Positions 17,711 to 17,768 of a stretch of DNA of 17,768 nucleotides are shown here, in pieces (position 1 is the stretch's first letter; every line of letters begins with the position of its first letter). The DNA lies in assembly GCA_040326155.1 (NCBI GenBank), contig JBEQLE010000081.1:1-17768 (forward strand), read 5' to 3'. Source of the DNA: Leptospirales bacterium (lineage in GTDB: Bacteria; Spirochaetota; Leptospiria; Turneriellales; JAOUFE01). The translations under genes and the position numbers were made by a program. Below the pieces are notes generated by a model. The model saw nothing but the letters and a program-made list of their open reading frames with translations. It was not told the DNA's origin and ran no database searches.

Positions 17711-17768
17711 CGTTTTTTTATGAATTTGTAAACTTCGTTTTCGAATTTTCTATATACAATATTTATAT

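Noticed and set aside
17655..17712. Group II intron 3' end (GGGGGG...CCTACCCCCTAC)
   Set aside because: No domain V upstream; the preceding DNA is RHS coding sequence.
26..17731. Short alternative-frame ORFs (60-131 aa)
   Set aside because: They overlap longer, motif-supported genes and show no recognisable motifs.

Overview
AT-rich bacterial window with three parts. (1) 11-8887 (+): four co-oriented genes for a GT1-type glycosyltransferase, a tandem-cNMP-binding patatin phospholipase, a UPF0104/LPG-synthase-TM membrane protein and a single-module NRPS (C-A-T-TE). A LCM/TcmP-like SAM methyltransferase converges on the NRPS. Together these look like an uncharacterised locus for a glycosylated N-acyl amino acid (amino-lipid), and the TE lacks its canonical catalytic Asp. 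(2) 9978-14140 (-): transport genes for a CPA2 cation:proton antiporter, an RCK(TrkA-N/C)-USP regulator and an AI-2E family permease, plus a GC-rich palindromic intergenic patch. (3) 14199-17768: a rearranged mobile region with a DDE integrase-core transposase next to an open but doubly truncated FG-GAP/TcdB-mid/YD (RHS-like) gene fragment. An exact 16-bp direct repeat (TATTTTCAATGGGGGG) 3450 bp apart brackets the two. All calls come from reading motifs by eye; no searches were run.
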